Shown: piece after piece, positions 10,535 through 20,928 of the stretch
Position numbering within the stretch: the stretch's first letter is position 1
Layout: each line of letters begins with the position of its first letter
Origin: Candidatus Woesearchaeota archaeon
GTDB lineage: Archaea; Nanobdellota; Nanobdellia; UBA10117; JABICX01
DNA: 64,000 nt
Direction of reading: 5' to 3'
Assembly: GCA_018652045.1 (NCBI GenBank)
Contig: JABICX010000010.1
Span: 114-64,113, forward strand
Notes under the pieces: generated by a model
The model's database searches: none
Told to the model about the DNA's origin: nothing
Seen by the model: the letters and a program-made list of their open reading frames with translations, nothing else
Translations under genes and position numbers: made by a program

Positions 10535-11539
10535 ATGATAAGAACGATACTGTTTGTAACTATTGTAAGCTTTCTAGCTAGCGCGATCTCTGCTCCATTC
10601 GTCCTAAGATACATTAATCTTATTGGATTAAGTGCTCCAGATGTTCATAAAAAAGGAAAGCCGCTCGTAGCCAGGTCTGGTGGATTAATACCCTTAATCG
10701 GCACTTTTGCGGCACTGAGCGCATTGATCTTTGTGCAGACTTTCATATACCAAAATAACAGTTTGCAGATATACATACTTGGTGCAATTACAACACTTAT
10801 TGTAATTACGTTGGTAGGTTTTATCGATGATCTAATAACAATAAAATCTAAAGCATCGTATAAATCTACTGAGACAGGTTTGCGATTAAAGCAATGGCAA
10901 AGACCTCTTCTCGTTCTTCCAGCAGTTCTACCTTTGATGGTTATCTCTGCAGGTAACTCGACAATGAACCTTCCACTGTTAGGTTCGATAAACTTTGGTA
11001 TACTTTACCCACTTATACTTGTTCCAATCGGCATCTTTGGTGCTGCAAATATGGTCAATCAACTAGAGGGCCTTAATGGACTTGGATCGGGTATGGGTTT
11101 AGTCTATACAAGTATGTTAGGTCTTTACGCATTTGTGCATCAAAGTTACCTAGGTGCAATACTCTCTTTTGCCGTGTTTGGCGCACTTCTCGCGTTCTGG
11201 AAATACCATAAAACACCTGCAAAGGTGATGGCGGGAGATTCGTTAACCTACTTCTTAGGTGCAAGCTTAGCGTGTATTGCAATACTTGGGAATATTGAGA
11301 AGGCTGTGCTCGTTTGCGCCATCCCATTCTTTATTGAATTCGTACTAAAAGCAAGAGGTAGGATGAAAAAAGACACGATTGGATATGTCGACGATCGTGG
11401 TAAGATACATTCTAAGTGGGATAAAATCTACTCACTCCCACATATATGGATGCGAACAGGAAGGTTTACTGAGAGACAGATTGTATATAACTTAATGTTA
11501 GTCGAGCTTTTCTTCGCGCTATTGATTTGGTTTGTTTAA
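10535..11539 (+). CDS. UDP-GlcNAc:dolichyl-phosphate HexNAc-1-phosphotransferase (GT4 family of the MraY/WecA/Alg7 superfamily, AglH-like)
   Basis: Polytopic protein with GFIDDL and AANMVNQLEGLNGLGSG, which match the Alg7/AglH-type N-x-x-N-x-x-x-G-x-NGL signature. Lies immediately after aglB. Confidence 0.75.
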   Translation: MIRTILFVTIVSFLASAISAPFVLRYINLIGLSAPDVHKKGKPLVARSGGLIPLIGTFAALSALIFVQTFIYQNNSLQIYILGAITTLIVITLVGFIDDLITIKSKASYKSTETGLRLKQWQRPLLVLPAVLPLMVISAGNSTMNLPLLGSINFGILYPLILVPIGIFGAANMVNQLEGLNGLGSGMGLVYTSMLGLYAFVHQSYLGAILSFAVFGALLAFWKYHKTPAKVMAGDSLTYFLGASLACIAILGNIEKAVLVCAIPFFIEFVLKARGRMKKDTIGYVDDRGKIHSKWDKIYSLPHIWMRTGRFTERQIVYNLMLVELFFALLIWFV

Positions 11540-12209
11540 GATGAAAGATAAAGTGTTTGTGATACTGCCAGCGTATAACGAAGATAAACGCATCCTCACG
11601 GCTATTAAGCAATGCAAAAAATATGTAGATAATGTCATTGTTGTAGATGATGGTTCTACAGATAATACATTTAATCAAGCCCAAAAGAGTGGAGCGATTA
11701 CGCTCAAGCACATTGTAAATATGGGTAAAGGTGTTGCTATGAAAACTGGAACAGAGTATGCAATTCAGAAAGGTGCTGATATTATTGTGGTGATTGATGC
11801 AGATGGACAACACAACCCGTCAGAGATACCGCGTCTGATAAAGCTATTAAAGCAAAAGAAAGTAGGTATTGTTCTAGGAATGCGACAGATGCCACCAGAT
11901 TCACCTGTAATATTCAGACTCGGTAACTGGGGACTTAACCAAATCTTTCGGATTATGTTTGGCTCAAAGATAGAAGACACGCAAAACGGCTTTAGGGTCT
12001 TTAACGCAAAAGTGTACCCAAAACTCAAATGGAAGTCTCAGAGATACTTTGTTGAGACTGAGATGATAATCAACATGTTAAAGAACAAAGTTAGTCACGT
12101 AGAAACGCCTGTACAGACATTCTATCACGACCATTACAAGGGCACAACTGTATTGATTGGGCTAGAATACTTTATAAAAATGCTAGAGGTAAAGATAGGA
12201 TGGGTTTAG
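11532..12209 (+). CDS. GT2 glycosyltransferase (dolichyl-phosphate hexose synthase-like)
   Basis: VILPAYNE, VVDDGSTD and DADGQH motifs of GT-A family 2. 8-nt overlap with the upstream gene. Confidence 0.8.
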   Translation: MFKMKDKVFVILPAYNEDKRILTAIKQCKKYVDNVIVVDDGSTDNTFNQAQKSGAITLKHIVNMGKGVAMKTGTEYAIQKGADIIVVIDADGQHNPSEIPRLIKLLKQKKVGIVLGMRQMPPDSPVIFRLGNWGLNQIFRIMFGSKIEDTQNGFRVFNAKVYPKLKWKSQRYFVETEMIINMLKNKVSHVETPVQTFYHDHYKGTTVLIGLEYFIKMLEVKIGWV

Positions 12210-12547
12210 ATTTTATCGCAATACAGCTGATTGGTATTGGATATGGAATTGGTATGTTCTATCTGGCTTTTGATAGTTGGAAGCGACACCAGCTAACAAA
12301 AGGGGATTTCACCGTATGGTCCTTAGCATGGCTAGGTTTTACTCTGGCACTGATATTTCCCAACATAATAACGAGAGTTAGAGAGGTCTTACACATCGGT
12401 GGTGGACAGGTGCCGTTCTTTACTATTGCAGGATTTATGTTCCTGACAGGTATTGTATTCTACCTATATCAGAAAGTGAGAATCAACTCAAGAAAACTTG
12501 AACAGATTGTTCAAAAGATAGCTTGGGATAAAATCAAAACTAGATAA
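12200..12547 (+). CDS. DUF2304-like small membrane protein
   Basis: 115 aa with 4 predicted TM segments. 10-nt overlap with the preceding GT2 gene, which is the usual genomic context of DUF2304. Confidence 0.5.
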   Translation: MGLDFIAIQLIGIGYGIGMFYLAFDSWKRHQLTKGDFTVWSLAWLGFTLALIFPNIITRVREVLHIGGGQVPFFTIAGFMFLTGIVFYLYQKVRINSRKLEQIVQKIAWDKIKTR

Positions 12548-12590
12548 ATTTCTTAATATCGCCAATCTACGATTTGCGATCCACGTAAGT

Positions 12591-13124
12591 TTAGACAAAC
12601 TTACGTATATTATGGTGCCACTCTTCATGGAATAACCACACCAATAAGATTACTGCGTCGATGGATATCATCATCTGTTGGTTAATTCGCTGTGCTCCAA
12701 ATGCTACTGCGTTAGATATTGGATAATAAGGTGTTGTTAGGCCAGCAAAACCATCTAAAAGTACATGCGAAAGCATACCAATCCCAACCAGTGTAAGTAT
12801 TAGGAACCACTGATGATGTTGCTTTTTAGACTTACCTTTACTAAACTTTGTTCCGCCCCACAGCCCTGCTGCAAGTGTGAAGAACAATATTGGAAGAAGG
12901 ATTGAGTGCGTTATTCTTCCATGCCGCAACATATCTGGCAGATTGATTGATAGAAAGTTAAAGATGTATGCTAATGCTACGTCAAGATCAGGTAAGATTC
13001 CACCAACACCTACAAAGAAAACATACTTACGAGGTATTAATCGTCTATGCTTATGTCGTAGAAAGTAGTCTCTGATCAGATCAACAACAACAATTGGTAA
13101 AATAACATGTGTGGTTGCTAGCAT
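12591..13124 (-). CDS. membrane-bound metal-dependent hydrolase (YdjM/DUF457-like)
   Basis: Small polytopic protein with conserved His/Asp positions (ATTHVILP, GILPDLD, SHVLLD) typical of DUF457. Confidence 0.55.
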   Translation of the reverse strand: MLATTHVILPIVVVDLIRDYFLRHKHRRLIPRKYVFFVGVGGILPDLDVALAYIFNFLSINLPDMLRHGRITHSILLPILFFTLAAGLWGGTKFSKGKSKKQHHQWFLILTLVGIGMLSHVLLDGFAGLTTPYYPISNAVAFGAQRINQQMMISIDAVILLVWLFHEEWHHNIRKFV

Positions 13125-13157
13125 TATACTTTTATACGCCGGTAATTAATATACATT

Positions 13158-14186
13158 ATGTTAAAGATTGATGGATCTTATGGTGAAGGTGGTGGGCAGA
13201 TTATTCGAACAGCGATTGCAATGTCTGCTATAACTAATCAACCAGTTCGAATTGTCAATATACGAAAGGGCCGAAGTCAACCAGGTCTCCGACCGCAGCA
13301 CGTCACAGGAGTTAATGCTGCCGCAAAGATATGTGGTGCCAAAGTTCGCTATAATCAACTAGGTTCAACTGAACTTGAGTTTGAGCCAGGTAAGCGTATG
13401 CACGGTAAGTTCCAATTCAACGTCGGTACCGCAGGTGCAGTGACATTAGTTCTACAGACTCTGGTGCCAGTCGCAGCTTTTGGCAAAGACTGCTCAACCT
13501 TTGAAATCATTGGTGGCACAGATGTCAAGTTTGCGCCGACAATCGACTACTTTATGCATGTTTTCAGCCGCAATATGAAGATCATTGGTTTAAACATCAG
13601 CACTGATGAAGTAAGACGTGGCTTCTTTCCAAAAGGTGGTGGAAAGGTTCGGATCGTTGTACACCCTTGGAAGACTAAGAAGAAGTTTGATGCAGTCTCG
13701 CAGAAGAAGCTTGAACACATTGACGTTCATTCGATATGTTCAGAAAGTTTACGCAAAAATGATGTTGGTGAACGACAGCTAGGTGGCTTTAAGTCTACAT
13801 TCTTACCAAATCATCAGAAGCTCATACTTGAAGAAAAAGTCATATACGCACCGTCTCTTAGCTCAGGTACATCTATACATGCGCATGCGCATTTTAAGAA
13901 CTGTAAGTTGGGTGTGGTAGAACTTGGTGAAAAACGAGTGCCTGCTGAAGATGTTGGAACTGAATGCGCACATAAGTTACTTACTGAGATTGGAAGTGGC
14001 GCAACAGTTGATCACCGAATGGCTGATCAGATACTTATCTTCCTCGCATTTGGCAAAGGCGGTCGCTTCAAGACTTCACGCATATCCGAACACCTAAGAA
14101 CCAATGCGTGGGTTATACAACAATTTTTACCGAAAGTGAGTATAAAAATCAACGACCAAACTAAGATTGTTGAGGTCAAAAACTAA
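13158..14186 (+). CDS. rtcA: RNA 3'-terminal phosphate cyclase
   Basis: N-terminus LKIDGSYGEGGGQIIRTAIAMSAITNQPVRIVNIRKGRSQPGLRPQH (RtcA signature with the catalytic His context). 342 aa. Confidence 0.9.
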   Translation: MLKIDGSYGEGGGQIIRTAIAMSAITNQPVRIVNIRKGRSQPGLRPQHVTGVNAAAKICGAKVRYNQLGSTELEFEPGKRMHGKFQFNVGTAGAVTLVLQTLVPVAAFGKDCSTFEIIGGTDVKFAPTIDYFMHVFSRNMKIIGLNISTDEVRRGFFPKGGGKVRIVVHPWKTKKKFDAVSQKKLEHIDVHSICSESLRKNDVGERQLGGFKSTFLPNHQKLILEEKVIYAPSLSSGTSIHAHAHFKNCKLGVVELGEKRVPAEDVGTECAHKLLTEIGSGATVDHRMADQILIFLAFGKGGRFKTSRISEHLRTNAWVIQQFLPKVSIKINDQTKIVEVKN

Positions 14187-14341
14187 TTGCCGAGTGCTTG
14201 TGTAAATAGCTCTTTGTTATCTTCTGCATATAGTAAAAGACTGGTTGCTTGTTCGATGAATTCTTCTACAGATTTAAATCGTCCTTGCTCGACGTACTTT
14301 TCGATCTTAACGATCAGCTCTTTTGGCAGAGAAATGTCCAT
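14183..14341 (-). CDS. ribbon-helix-helix (CopG/Arc/MetJ-like) DNA-binding protein, 52 aa, not in the ORF track
   Basis: Hand translation: MDISLPKELIVKIEKYVEQGRFKSVEEFIEQATSLLLYAEDNKELFTQALGN. It shows the beta-strand/helix/helix pattern of RHH proteins. AT-rich TATA-like box (TTATATTTAAA on the minus strand) about 25-35 nt upstream. The 3' end overlaps the rtcA stop by 4 nt (convergent). Confidence 0.55.
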   Translation of the reverse strand: MDISLPKELIVKIEKYVEQGRFKSVEEFIEQATSLLLYAEDNKELFTQALGN

Positions 14342-14434
14342 ATTACGTCTTTCCATAGTTGTTTAAATATAATTCGCTGTTTTAAAATTTATGTTGCAAT
14401 ACTTAGTTTCCAATGAGTATATTAAAACAAACAT

Positions 14435-15229
14435 TTAACCTCCAACACTTGTATATCGCGTCATTGCGTATTTCCACATTACTAGACTTACTGAAAGGAA
14501 TGCAAGAGTGATAAGATTTAACTGAACAAACAGAGTCGATTCCATTCTTCCAAAGAAAGCTTCTGCGGGGTAGAAAGCTAGTAGACCAAATGGAATTGCG
14601 AACGTAAATATTGCGTGACCTATCACACCATATATCGTAAGTGGATACTTACCAAACATACTACTTTCCCAGAACAGATCTTTAATTGAATCAGTTTTAA
14701 CGAAGATGAAGTTCAATGCTCCGGACAGTATATCAAAAGACGATATAAATACGATACCTAAAATCATAAACCAGACATATAGTGCAAAATTATATGCGTC
14801 AATAGGTACATCCATCTTATACAGTGAGAATATAACCAAAATTATTCCAAGTATCAAACCAGAAGATTCGTCGAGCTCAGTTTCTCTAATGATTAATTGC
14901 TTCATCGGCGACATCGGACGGATAAGTAATTTATCAAAAGTCCCGTTGTGGATCATCTCGTTTGACCACCAGGCAACTGATGAAGTGATAAATGACGAGA
15001 ACCCTCTAACAAACGTAAACGTTCCTACTAAAAAGAAGACTTGGTAAAAGTCCCACCCTGGAAAGGTTAATCCATTATAGTATATTAAGTACACAACGAT
15101 TGGCGTAAGTAGTCGCATTACTGCTCCCGCGATTAAATATAAGAGAAAGTTTACGCGATACTCCATCCATGCAGCAATATCCATCTTTCCACTGATTAAG
15201 TATACGCGTAGTGTCTTTGGAAGTTTCAC
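14435..15229 (-). CDS. ABC-2 type transporter permease (COG3694-like)
   Basis: Polytopic ABC-2 permease. The track start at 15304 overlaps the upstream gene by 79 nt. An in-frame GTG at 15229 gives a GTGA start/stop overlap with the upstream permease and an N-terminus (MKLPKTLRVYL..EYRVNFLL) typical of the family. Confidence 0.7.
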   Translation of the reverse strand: MKLPKTLRVYLISGKMDIAAWMEYRVNFLLYLIAGAVMRLLTPIVVYLIYYNGLTFPGWDFYQVFFLVGTFTFVRGFSSFITSSVAWWSNEMIHNGTFDKLLIRPMSPMKQLIIRETELDESSGLILGIILVIFSLYKMDVPIDAYNFALYVWFMILGIVFISSFDILSGALNFIFVKTDSIKDLFWESSMFGKYPLTIYGVIGHAIFTFAIPFGLLAFYPAEAFFGRMESTLFVQLNLITLAFLSVSLVMWKYAMTRYTSVGG

Positions 15230-16026
15230 ACACCCACCCCCATAAATCTCGTATGCGCTTTTTTCCAGACAAGTAAGCTCATTCCGAAGAATGCTGCGGT
15301 CCATATAACTTGTACAAGTATAAGATTCATAACCTCAACTGTAGAATATGTTCCTAAGAAAGTCTGGATTGGCACATATAGCATATACTGAAATGGCATG
15401 TACTTCGAGATAGTCTGTAAAGATGATGGGAAAAAAGTAAGAGGTATTACTGATCCTGCGAAAAACATGTGTATTCCTTGGCGAATTGATTTAATACCCC
15501 AATATTCTTTTGTCCAGAAAGAAATTAGTCCAAACAAGAATGTGAAGCTGAAACGTATTGTTATCGCAAATATTACAGTTATTATAAAGAAAAGCAAATT
15601 TAATGAGGTATACTCAAAAGAAGGTATTGTAAAGTACCCAATGATTAGTAATATCGGTAAAAACTTTACTCTAAAAACTGCTCGCCAACAATTTCGGATA
15701 AACGAGTATGTTAAAAAATTAATTGGTCTAACAAGGTGCTTTATGAACTTTCCATTTTTGACGGATCGAGATATTTCTGAGTCAACTCGACAGCTTGTTA
15801 CTGCTTGAACAATATGTGAGAGGAAAAAGTAGATAACTATTCCACTAAAGGTAAAACCCCTGATAATTTCTTGAGTACTTACTGAAAAGATTGCTCTCCA
15901 AAGAAAATACTCTACTAAAAAGAACGCTGGAACTAAAAGCATCCAGATAAACGAATCTAAACGATACACATTTTCTTCACTAAATTGAATCTTGGCGAAA
16001 CCAAGCAACGTTCTAACGAGTCCCAT
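15226..16026 (-). CDS. ABC-2 type transporter permease (COG4587-like)
   Basis: Six-TM ABC-2 permease. 14-nt overlap with the upstream ATPase gene. Confidence 0.7.
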   Translation of the reverse strand: MGLVRTLLGFAKIQFSEENVYRLDSFIWMLLVPAFFLVEYFLWRAIFSVSTQEIIRGFTFSGIVIYFFLSHIVQAVTSCRVDSEISRSVKNGKFIKHLVRPINFLTYSFIRNCWRAVFRVKFLPILLIIGYFTIPSFEYTSLNLLFFIITVIFAITIRFSFTFLFGLISFWTKEYWGIKSIRQGIHMFFAGSVIPLTFFPSSLQTISKYMPFQYMLYVPIQTFLGTYSTVEVMNLILVQVIWTAAFFGMSLLVWKKAHTRFMGVGV

Positions 16027-16999
16027 GTTGATATATATCCCGAATTATCTCTTCAATATCAGGGTCAGAGATCGTAATGTCTGCCACTGGGTACTCGCCA
16101 ACCAACTTAGCTACAAAGGGGTCCAACTTATTGTTTTTTAATGGAACCTCAAACTTAATTGTATAGGGTGTTTTATCAATTAAGGTACATCTTTTTGGCA
16201 AACTAACATGTGTTTTCTCTTCAAACCTTACCTCAATTAATTTATTGGTTACATATTTCTTACAGAGATCTGCTAAAGGTCCATCGTAGACAATATCACC
16301 TGTATTGATTATGATTACTCGCTTACACAGCTTTTCAATGTCCTGCATGTCGTGGGTTGTTATGATAAACGTAGTATTGTAGTCCTTATTGATTTGTTTA
16401 ATAAAATTGTGGAGTTGCTTCTTCGCAACAACATCCATCCCAATTGTTGGTTCATCAAGTAAGACAAGTTTTGGTTTATGTAATAGTGCTGCAACAACCT
16501 CGCACTTCATTCGCTCACCAAGACTTAAACCTCGAGTTGGTCGTTTGTATATGTCTTCTAAACTCAACAACTTTACCATATGTGCCAATCTACGCTTAAA
16601 GGTCTCTTCAGGAATATCATACAAAACTTTTAGCAAATGATATGTATCATTTGGTGGAATGTCCCAAGCCAGTTGAGACTTCTGTCCAAATACTACTCCA
16701 AAATTATAAGCATATTCTTGACGTTGTTTCCAAGGAACATACCCAAGTGATTTTACTTCGCCAGAGGTGGGGTACAGAACGCCACATAAAACTTTAATTG
16801 CTGTTGATTTACCAGCACCATTTGGTCCAATTAAACCAATAACCTCGCCAGTCTTAATCTCAAAATCAATTCCTTTAAGCGCGTGCTTTATCTTGAAGTC
16901 CCTTTTGAAAAGTGATCTGATGGATGCTCTAAAACTTTCCTCGCGAGAGTAAGTTTTATACTCCTTCGCTAAACCGCTAACCTTAATAGCAGTTTCCAT
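16013..16999 (-). CDS. ABC transporter ATP-binding protein
   Basis: Walker A GPNGAGKST, signature LSLGERMK, Walker B LVLLDEPTIGMD and a C-terminal extension, as in COG4586 ATPases. Confidence 0.9.
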   Translation of the reverse strand: METAIKVSGLAKEYKTYSREESFRASIRSLFKRDFKIKHALKGIDFEIKTGEVIGLIGPNGAGKSTAIKVLCGVLYPTSGEVKSLGYVPWKQRQEYAYNFGVVFGQKSQLAWDIPPNDTYHLLKVLYDIPEETFKRRLAHMVKLLSLEDIYKRPTRGLSLGERMKCEVVAALLHKPKLVLLDEPTIGMDVVAKKQLHNFIKQINKDYNTTFIITTHDMQDIEKLCKRVIIINTGDIVYDGPLADLCKKYVTNKLIEVRFEEKTHVSLPKRCTLIDKTPYTIKFEVPLKNNKLDPFVAKLVGEYPVADITISDPDIEEIIRDIYQHGTR

Positions 17000-17130
17000 A
17001 CCTAGTGTCTTTCCGAATCGCTTAAAACACTTGTGGTCAAAAAACGTGGGAACGCTTAAAAATCTTCCGCACGTATATTAGTTATACCTACTAAACAAAC
17101 CTTTTTATGTTTTTACTGACCTATAATACT

Positions 17131-17298
17131 ATGAAGTGTCCTAAATGTGGAGATAGAAAAGTAGAGCGCATCATACTCCCGCGCTTCGATAGGATACAGA
17201 TTTCTAAGTTTGTTGAACCGGGAAGTAAGCCATATACTAAGTCAGAAATTGTTGAGACGATTAAATGTGTAAAATGTGGCCATGTTATTAAAAGTTAG
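17131..17298 (+). CDS. small zinc-ribbon protein
   Basis: Two CxxC pairs (CPKCGDRK ... CVKCGH). The track start at 17107 is possible, but the ATG at 17131 (MKCPKCG) is the more usual N-terminus for such ribbons. Confidence 0.45.
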   Translation: MKCPKCGDRKVERIILPRFDRIQISKFVEPGSKPYTKSEIVETIKCVKCGHVIKS

Positions 17299-19097
17299 AA
17301 TGCGTTTTTTAGTAAGTCGTTGATATTTTTTATTGGAATCACTTTTATCTTAGCGCGATGTGCTTTACTTAACACAATATCTTGCTCGTTTGCTGCTGGA
17401 ATAAGTACGCGCTTCAGACCTGCTTCAATTGCTGCTTCGATCTTTGATGTAACACCTCCGACAGGCAAAACCTCTCCTCTGACGGAAAGTGAGCCTGTCA
17501 TGGCAGTATCTTGGCGAATCGCCTTTCTCTTAAGAGCAGATATAATCGCGGTTGCTACTGCAACAGATGCAGAATCACCTTCAAGACCTTCGTAAGTCTG
17601 TAAGAACTGAACATAGACATCATACTTCTTTAAATCTGCTTTAAACTTATTTTTTATGATTGCAGATACGTTTGTTATAGCTTCTTTTGCAATCTCTCCC
17701 AGTTTACCTGTTGCAATGAAACGTTGCTTTTCGCCGCTCGTTGTGGGTGTAACCTCTACCTCAATCGGCTGTACAATTCCTGAAAGATGGCTACCCTCTC
17801 CAAGAACTGCTAGACCATTAACTCTACCAATCTCTTTCCCTTTTGTTCGAATAACTTCGTACTCTTTCTTACGCTCAATGTACTTATCTGCGATCTGTTG
17901 CTCAAGCGCGCGTGCTGATTTCTTTGCGTCAACAACATGTTTTAGTAAAACTAAATCTGCATTATCCTCTCGTGCAAGATCACCTGCTGCGCGAATCAGA
18001 CCGCCGAGATCTCTCAACATCAGGGTTAACTTACTCTTCTGTCCTGCACGTTTTCTAGCTTCCTTAATAATTTCTTCAACTGCTGCTTTTGTAAAGTGAG
18101 GTATTTTCTTATCTTTAACAACCTCTTGTGCGACAAAACGTGCGATCAATTCTTGGTTCTTTGGATTGTCCTCCATTGTATCATTCATGTATATCTCATA
18201 ACCATATCCTCTGATTCTAGATCTTAATGCAGGGTGCATCTTCTGAACAGTCTCGGTGTTTCCTGCGGCAACAAGGACAAAGCTACATGGAACTGGCTTG
18301 GTTCGAACCATTGCTCCTGCAGATTTCTCAGATTGACCTGTGATTGAATACGCACCTTCTTGCAACGCAGTCAGTAAGTCTTGTTGCGTCTTTGGGTCTA
18401 GCGTTGCTACTTCGTCGACAAACAGAACTCCACCGTTTGCTCGATGAATCATTCCAGCTTCTACCCGCATATGTGCGGGTGTACCTAACCCACCAGATTG
18501 AAACGGATCATGTCTAACATCACCCAACAAAGCTCCTGCCTTTGCTCCTGTTGCCTCAATAAAGGGAGCTATATCTGCGTTAGAATTATCAATCAACAGT
18601 TTTGGCTCGACAGTCTTATGCTTACGTACGCCAAGATTCATCGAAATAGACAGTGCAACAATGAACATCATACCTGCGATCAATGACGCTGCAGCCATTA
18701 TGTCACCATAGCTACCACGTATCCACCACGGAATAAGTATTGCTATAAGTGCTAGTATTAAGAAGAATATTTGTTGATTACTAGATTTATATGATGCTCT
18801 TGCTTTTGCGCGCTCATAAATAAGTCGACCATTTCCTGCAGGAAAAGTCTTAACCAAAGGCTCGTTAGAGTCTTTTTGATTTGGTAGTATAAGTATGTCT
18901 GAAAGCTTGCTCTTTGGCATAAGTTCGGCAAGTGCCTGTCCAAGCATAGATTTGCCAGTTCCAGGAGTACCAATCAACAGAACGTGTCTTCGCTGTCGAG
19001 CAGCCTTTCGAATAATATCAACTGCCGAATCTTGTCCAATAATCTGTTCAACGAGCTTTGTAGGTACTTTTAGCTCAGCAGTTGTTTTAAATCTCAT
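17295..19097 (-). CDS. lonB: archaeal membrane-bound Lon protease (LonB)
   Basis: AAA+ Walker A GTPGTGKS. Two TM helices inserted in the ATPase domain ([15 protein letters not shown] ... [13 protein letters not shown]). Walker B LFVDEV. Protease domain with the GDSASVAV serine and [10 protein letters not shown] lysine. Confidence 0.9.
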   Translation of the reverse strand: MRFKTTAELKVPTKLVEQIIGQDSAVDIIRKAARQRRHVLLIGTPGTGKSMLGQALAELMPKSKLSDILILPNQKDSNEPLVKTFPAGNGRLIYERAKARASYKSSNQQIFFLILALIAILIPWWIRGSYGDIMAAASLIAGMMFIVALSISMNLGVRKHKTVEPKLLIDNSNADIAPFIEATGAKAGALLGDVRHDPFQSGGLGTPAHMRVEAGMIHRANGGVLFVDEVATLDPKTQQDLLTALQEGAYSITGQSEKSAGAMVRTKPVPCSFVLVAAGNTETVQKMHPALRSRIRGYGYEIYMNDTMEDNPKNQELIARFVAQEVVKDKKIPHFTKAAVEEIIKEARKRAGQKSKLTLMLRDLGGLIRAAGDLAREDNADLVLLKHVVDAKKSARALEQQIADKYIERKKEYEVIRTKGKEIGRVNGLAVLGEGSHLSGIVQPIEVEVTPTTSGEKQRFIATGKLGEIAKEAITNVSAIIKNKFKADLKKYDVYVQFLQTYEGLEGDSASVAVATAIISALKRKAIRQDTAMTGSLSVRGEVLPVGGVTSKIEAAIEAGLKRVLIPAANEQDIVLSKAHRAKIKVIPIKNINDLLKNAF

Positions 19098-19145
19098 CTC
19101 TACTGTTAGTTAGTAATGTTTTAAAGAATTGCGCTTATTGAAACT

Positions 19146-19415
19146 CTATTCTTCTACAGACTCGCCGTAGCTTGGGGCTGCAGCACGAGCAACAATCATT
19201 ATGTTTCCAATTGATTTAACTAACTGATGCGGTATAATTACACCTTTTGCGTTTGGCATGGTCTTAGCTAGGAAAGAGTCTCTAACGGCTCTAACTCTCC
19301 ATGCATCAATTCTATTTTTCTTTATTATTGCTTCCTCGATCTCACCAAAAAGATCTCCAGAATCAGTATAAACCTTCAAGTCACGTACTTCACTTAAGTT
19401 CTTCATTTGTAGCAT
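19146..19415 (-). CDS. PRC-barrel domain protein
   Basis: 89 aa. The VYTDSGDLFGEIEEAII ... IDAWRV pattern is typical of archaeal stand-alone PRC barrels. Confidence 0.7.
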   Translation of the reverse strand: MLQMKNLSEVRDLKVYTDSGDLFGEIEEAIIKKNRIDAWRVRAVRDSFLAKTMPNAKGVIIPHQLVKSIGNIMIVARAAAPSYGESVEE

Positions 19416-19522
19416 TGAATATCACCTTTTCAACATTACAATTCCGCTATACAATAAAAGCATTTCTCTTGCCTGCTAGCTATTCTTCAGGCATGCCTCT
19501 AGAATAAACGTTAAAAAAGGTT

Positions 19523-20218
19523 CTATTCAAGCTCTGCTACTTCTTCCAACGCACGTTTTCGGACATAGGGTTGTATGCCGGCCATTTCTTGTAGTGCGTT
19601 TTGGAAACCAATTGAACCAAGACCTAGCAGTTTCGGAGTAACTGATGTTCCAAGTACGTTTCCATCAAATCTATATTGATTATATACACCCATGTTTTCA
19701 CATAATCGACGAGTATCTATAATCTCATACATCTTTTTATTTGGTGTCTCTTCAATAGCCCATATCTTGGCCTTACTTAGTGCGATCAAAACCTCGTCTG
19801 AAGCCATCTTTACGCTCGAGCGATCCACAATTAGTTCGGTAGATACATCATGCGGCAGTCCAAGCGCAGTAACGTCATCCTTACAAGGGCCAAGTGCTTG
19901 TGCTGAATTAAATTTTAAACCTACTTCGTTAGTTGAAGACGCTGGCAAGGGGATAGTCAGACTGCCAATCTCGCCAATGTACTGTATATGTCCTGCTTGA
20001 ACAAGTGCGAAAGGTGTTGCGCCATCACGAAGATAGACTAGCTCCAAACCCGTGTCGATGAGCGTAGCGCTCTTCATATGATTTTCATGGTAAAACGGAT
20101 CTACATGACGTACTATGTCTGCTATTTCTCCTCGCTTTTCATCCATCGCGCGTCCATGTGTGAATAAATCGTCGCCGATTTGGTGGCTAAATCCATTTGG
20201 TGTTGCTGTAATCTTCAT
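19523..20218 (-). CDS. hypothetical protein (231 aa)
   Basis: Long uninterrupted ORF with normal composition. No family recognised by eye. Confidence 0.5.
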   Translation of the reverse strand: MKITATPNGFSHQIGDDLFTHGRAMDEKRGEIADIVRHVDPFYHENHMKSATLIDTGLELVYLRDGATPFALVQAGHIQYIGEIGSLTIPLPASSTNEVGLKFNSAQALGPCKDDVTALGLPHDVSTELIVDRSSVKMASDEVLIALSKAKIWAIEETPNKKMYEIIDTRRLCENMGVYNQYRFDGNVLGTSVTPKLLGLGSIGFQNALQEMAGIQPYVRKRALEEVAELE

Positions 20219-20268
20219 GTTACCCTACATACAGAAAGATATAAAAGCACTTCTCTGCTCCAATATAC

Positions 20269-20928
20269 ATGAGTAATATCACGATTATTGGGACTTCTCA
20301 CATTGCTAAACAGTCTATTAATGAGATTCAAAAGAAGCTCTTTGAGGACAAGCCAGATATTGTCTGTGTCGAGCTAGATCATGCTAGACTTCGAGGTCTG
20401 TTTCAGAAAGAGCAGAGAAAAGTGAGCCTATCTGATCTCAAAGCAGGTGGTTTTGGATTCTTGTTTATGATCATGGGTCGCTGGCTACAGAAAAAGCTCG
20501 GGGCACAGGTTGGTATCGCACCTGGTGCAGATATGAAAGCAGCAGTTCTTGCTGCGAGAAAAATCAATGCGAAGATATACTTGATTGACATACCGATCAA
20601 TCGAACACTGTACAAACTTTCGAAAGAAGTTTCCATGTGGGAGAAGATCAAACTTGTCGGCTACATTATCTTTAGTCCTTTGATGCCAAGTAATCGAAAG
20701 CTGGCTAAGCAGTTTGACCTAACAAAGGTTCCTGCGCAGAAGCTTATTGATCAGATAATCACAGATATGCGGTACCGATTCCCAAAACTCTTCAAAGTCT
20801 TACTGGACGATCGCAATGTCTACATGGCTAAACAGCTTAAGGCAATATCCAAAGCAAACCCAAAAAGTGACATAGTTGCCATTATCGGTGCGGGACACGA
20901 AAAAGACCTAAAAAGAATGATTAAATGA
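20269..20928 (+). CDS. TraB family protein
   Basis: N-terminal ITIIGTSHIAKQS ... VCVELD and C-terminal IIGAGHEKDL, as in TraB/PrgY-like proteins. Confidence 0.7.
   Translation: MSNITIIGTSHIAKQSINEIQKKLFEDKPDIVCVELDHARLRGLFQKEQRKVSLSDLKAGGFGFLFMIMGRWLQKKLGAQVGIAPGADMKAAVLAARKINAKIYLIDIPINRTLYKLSKEVSMWEKIKLVGYIIFSPLMPSNRKLAKQFDLTKVPAQKLIDQIITDMRYRFPKLFKVLLDDRNVYMAKQLKAISKANPKSDIVAIIGAGHEKDLKRMIK

Noticed and set aside
17000-17106. Direct repeat CGCTTAAAA (two copies about 24 nt apart) and two TTCCG motifs between the ABC ATPase gene and the zinc-ribbon gene
   Set aside because: These are most simply two divergent TATA/BRE-like promoter elements. Two copies are too few to claim a link with the 26.0-26.4 kb repeat array.
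17320-19113. Several plus-strand ORFs (91, 147, 62 and 72 aa) inside lonB
   Set aside because: All are antisense to a well-supported LonB gene. They have Ser/Arg/Pro-rich shadow composition and no motifs.
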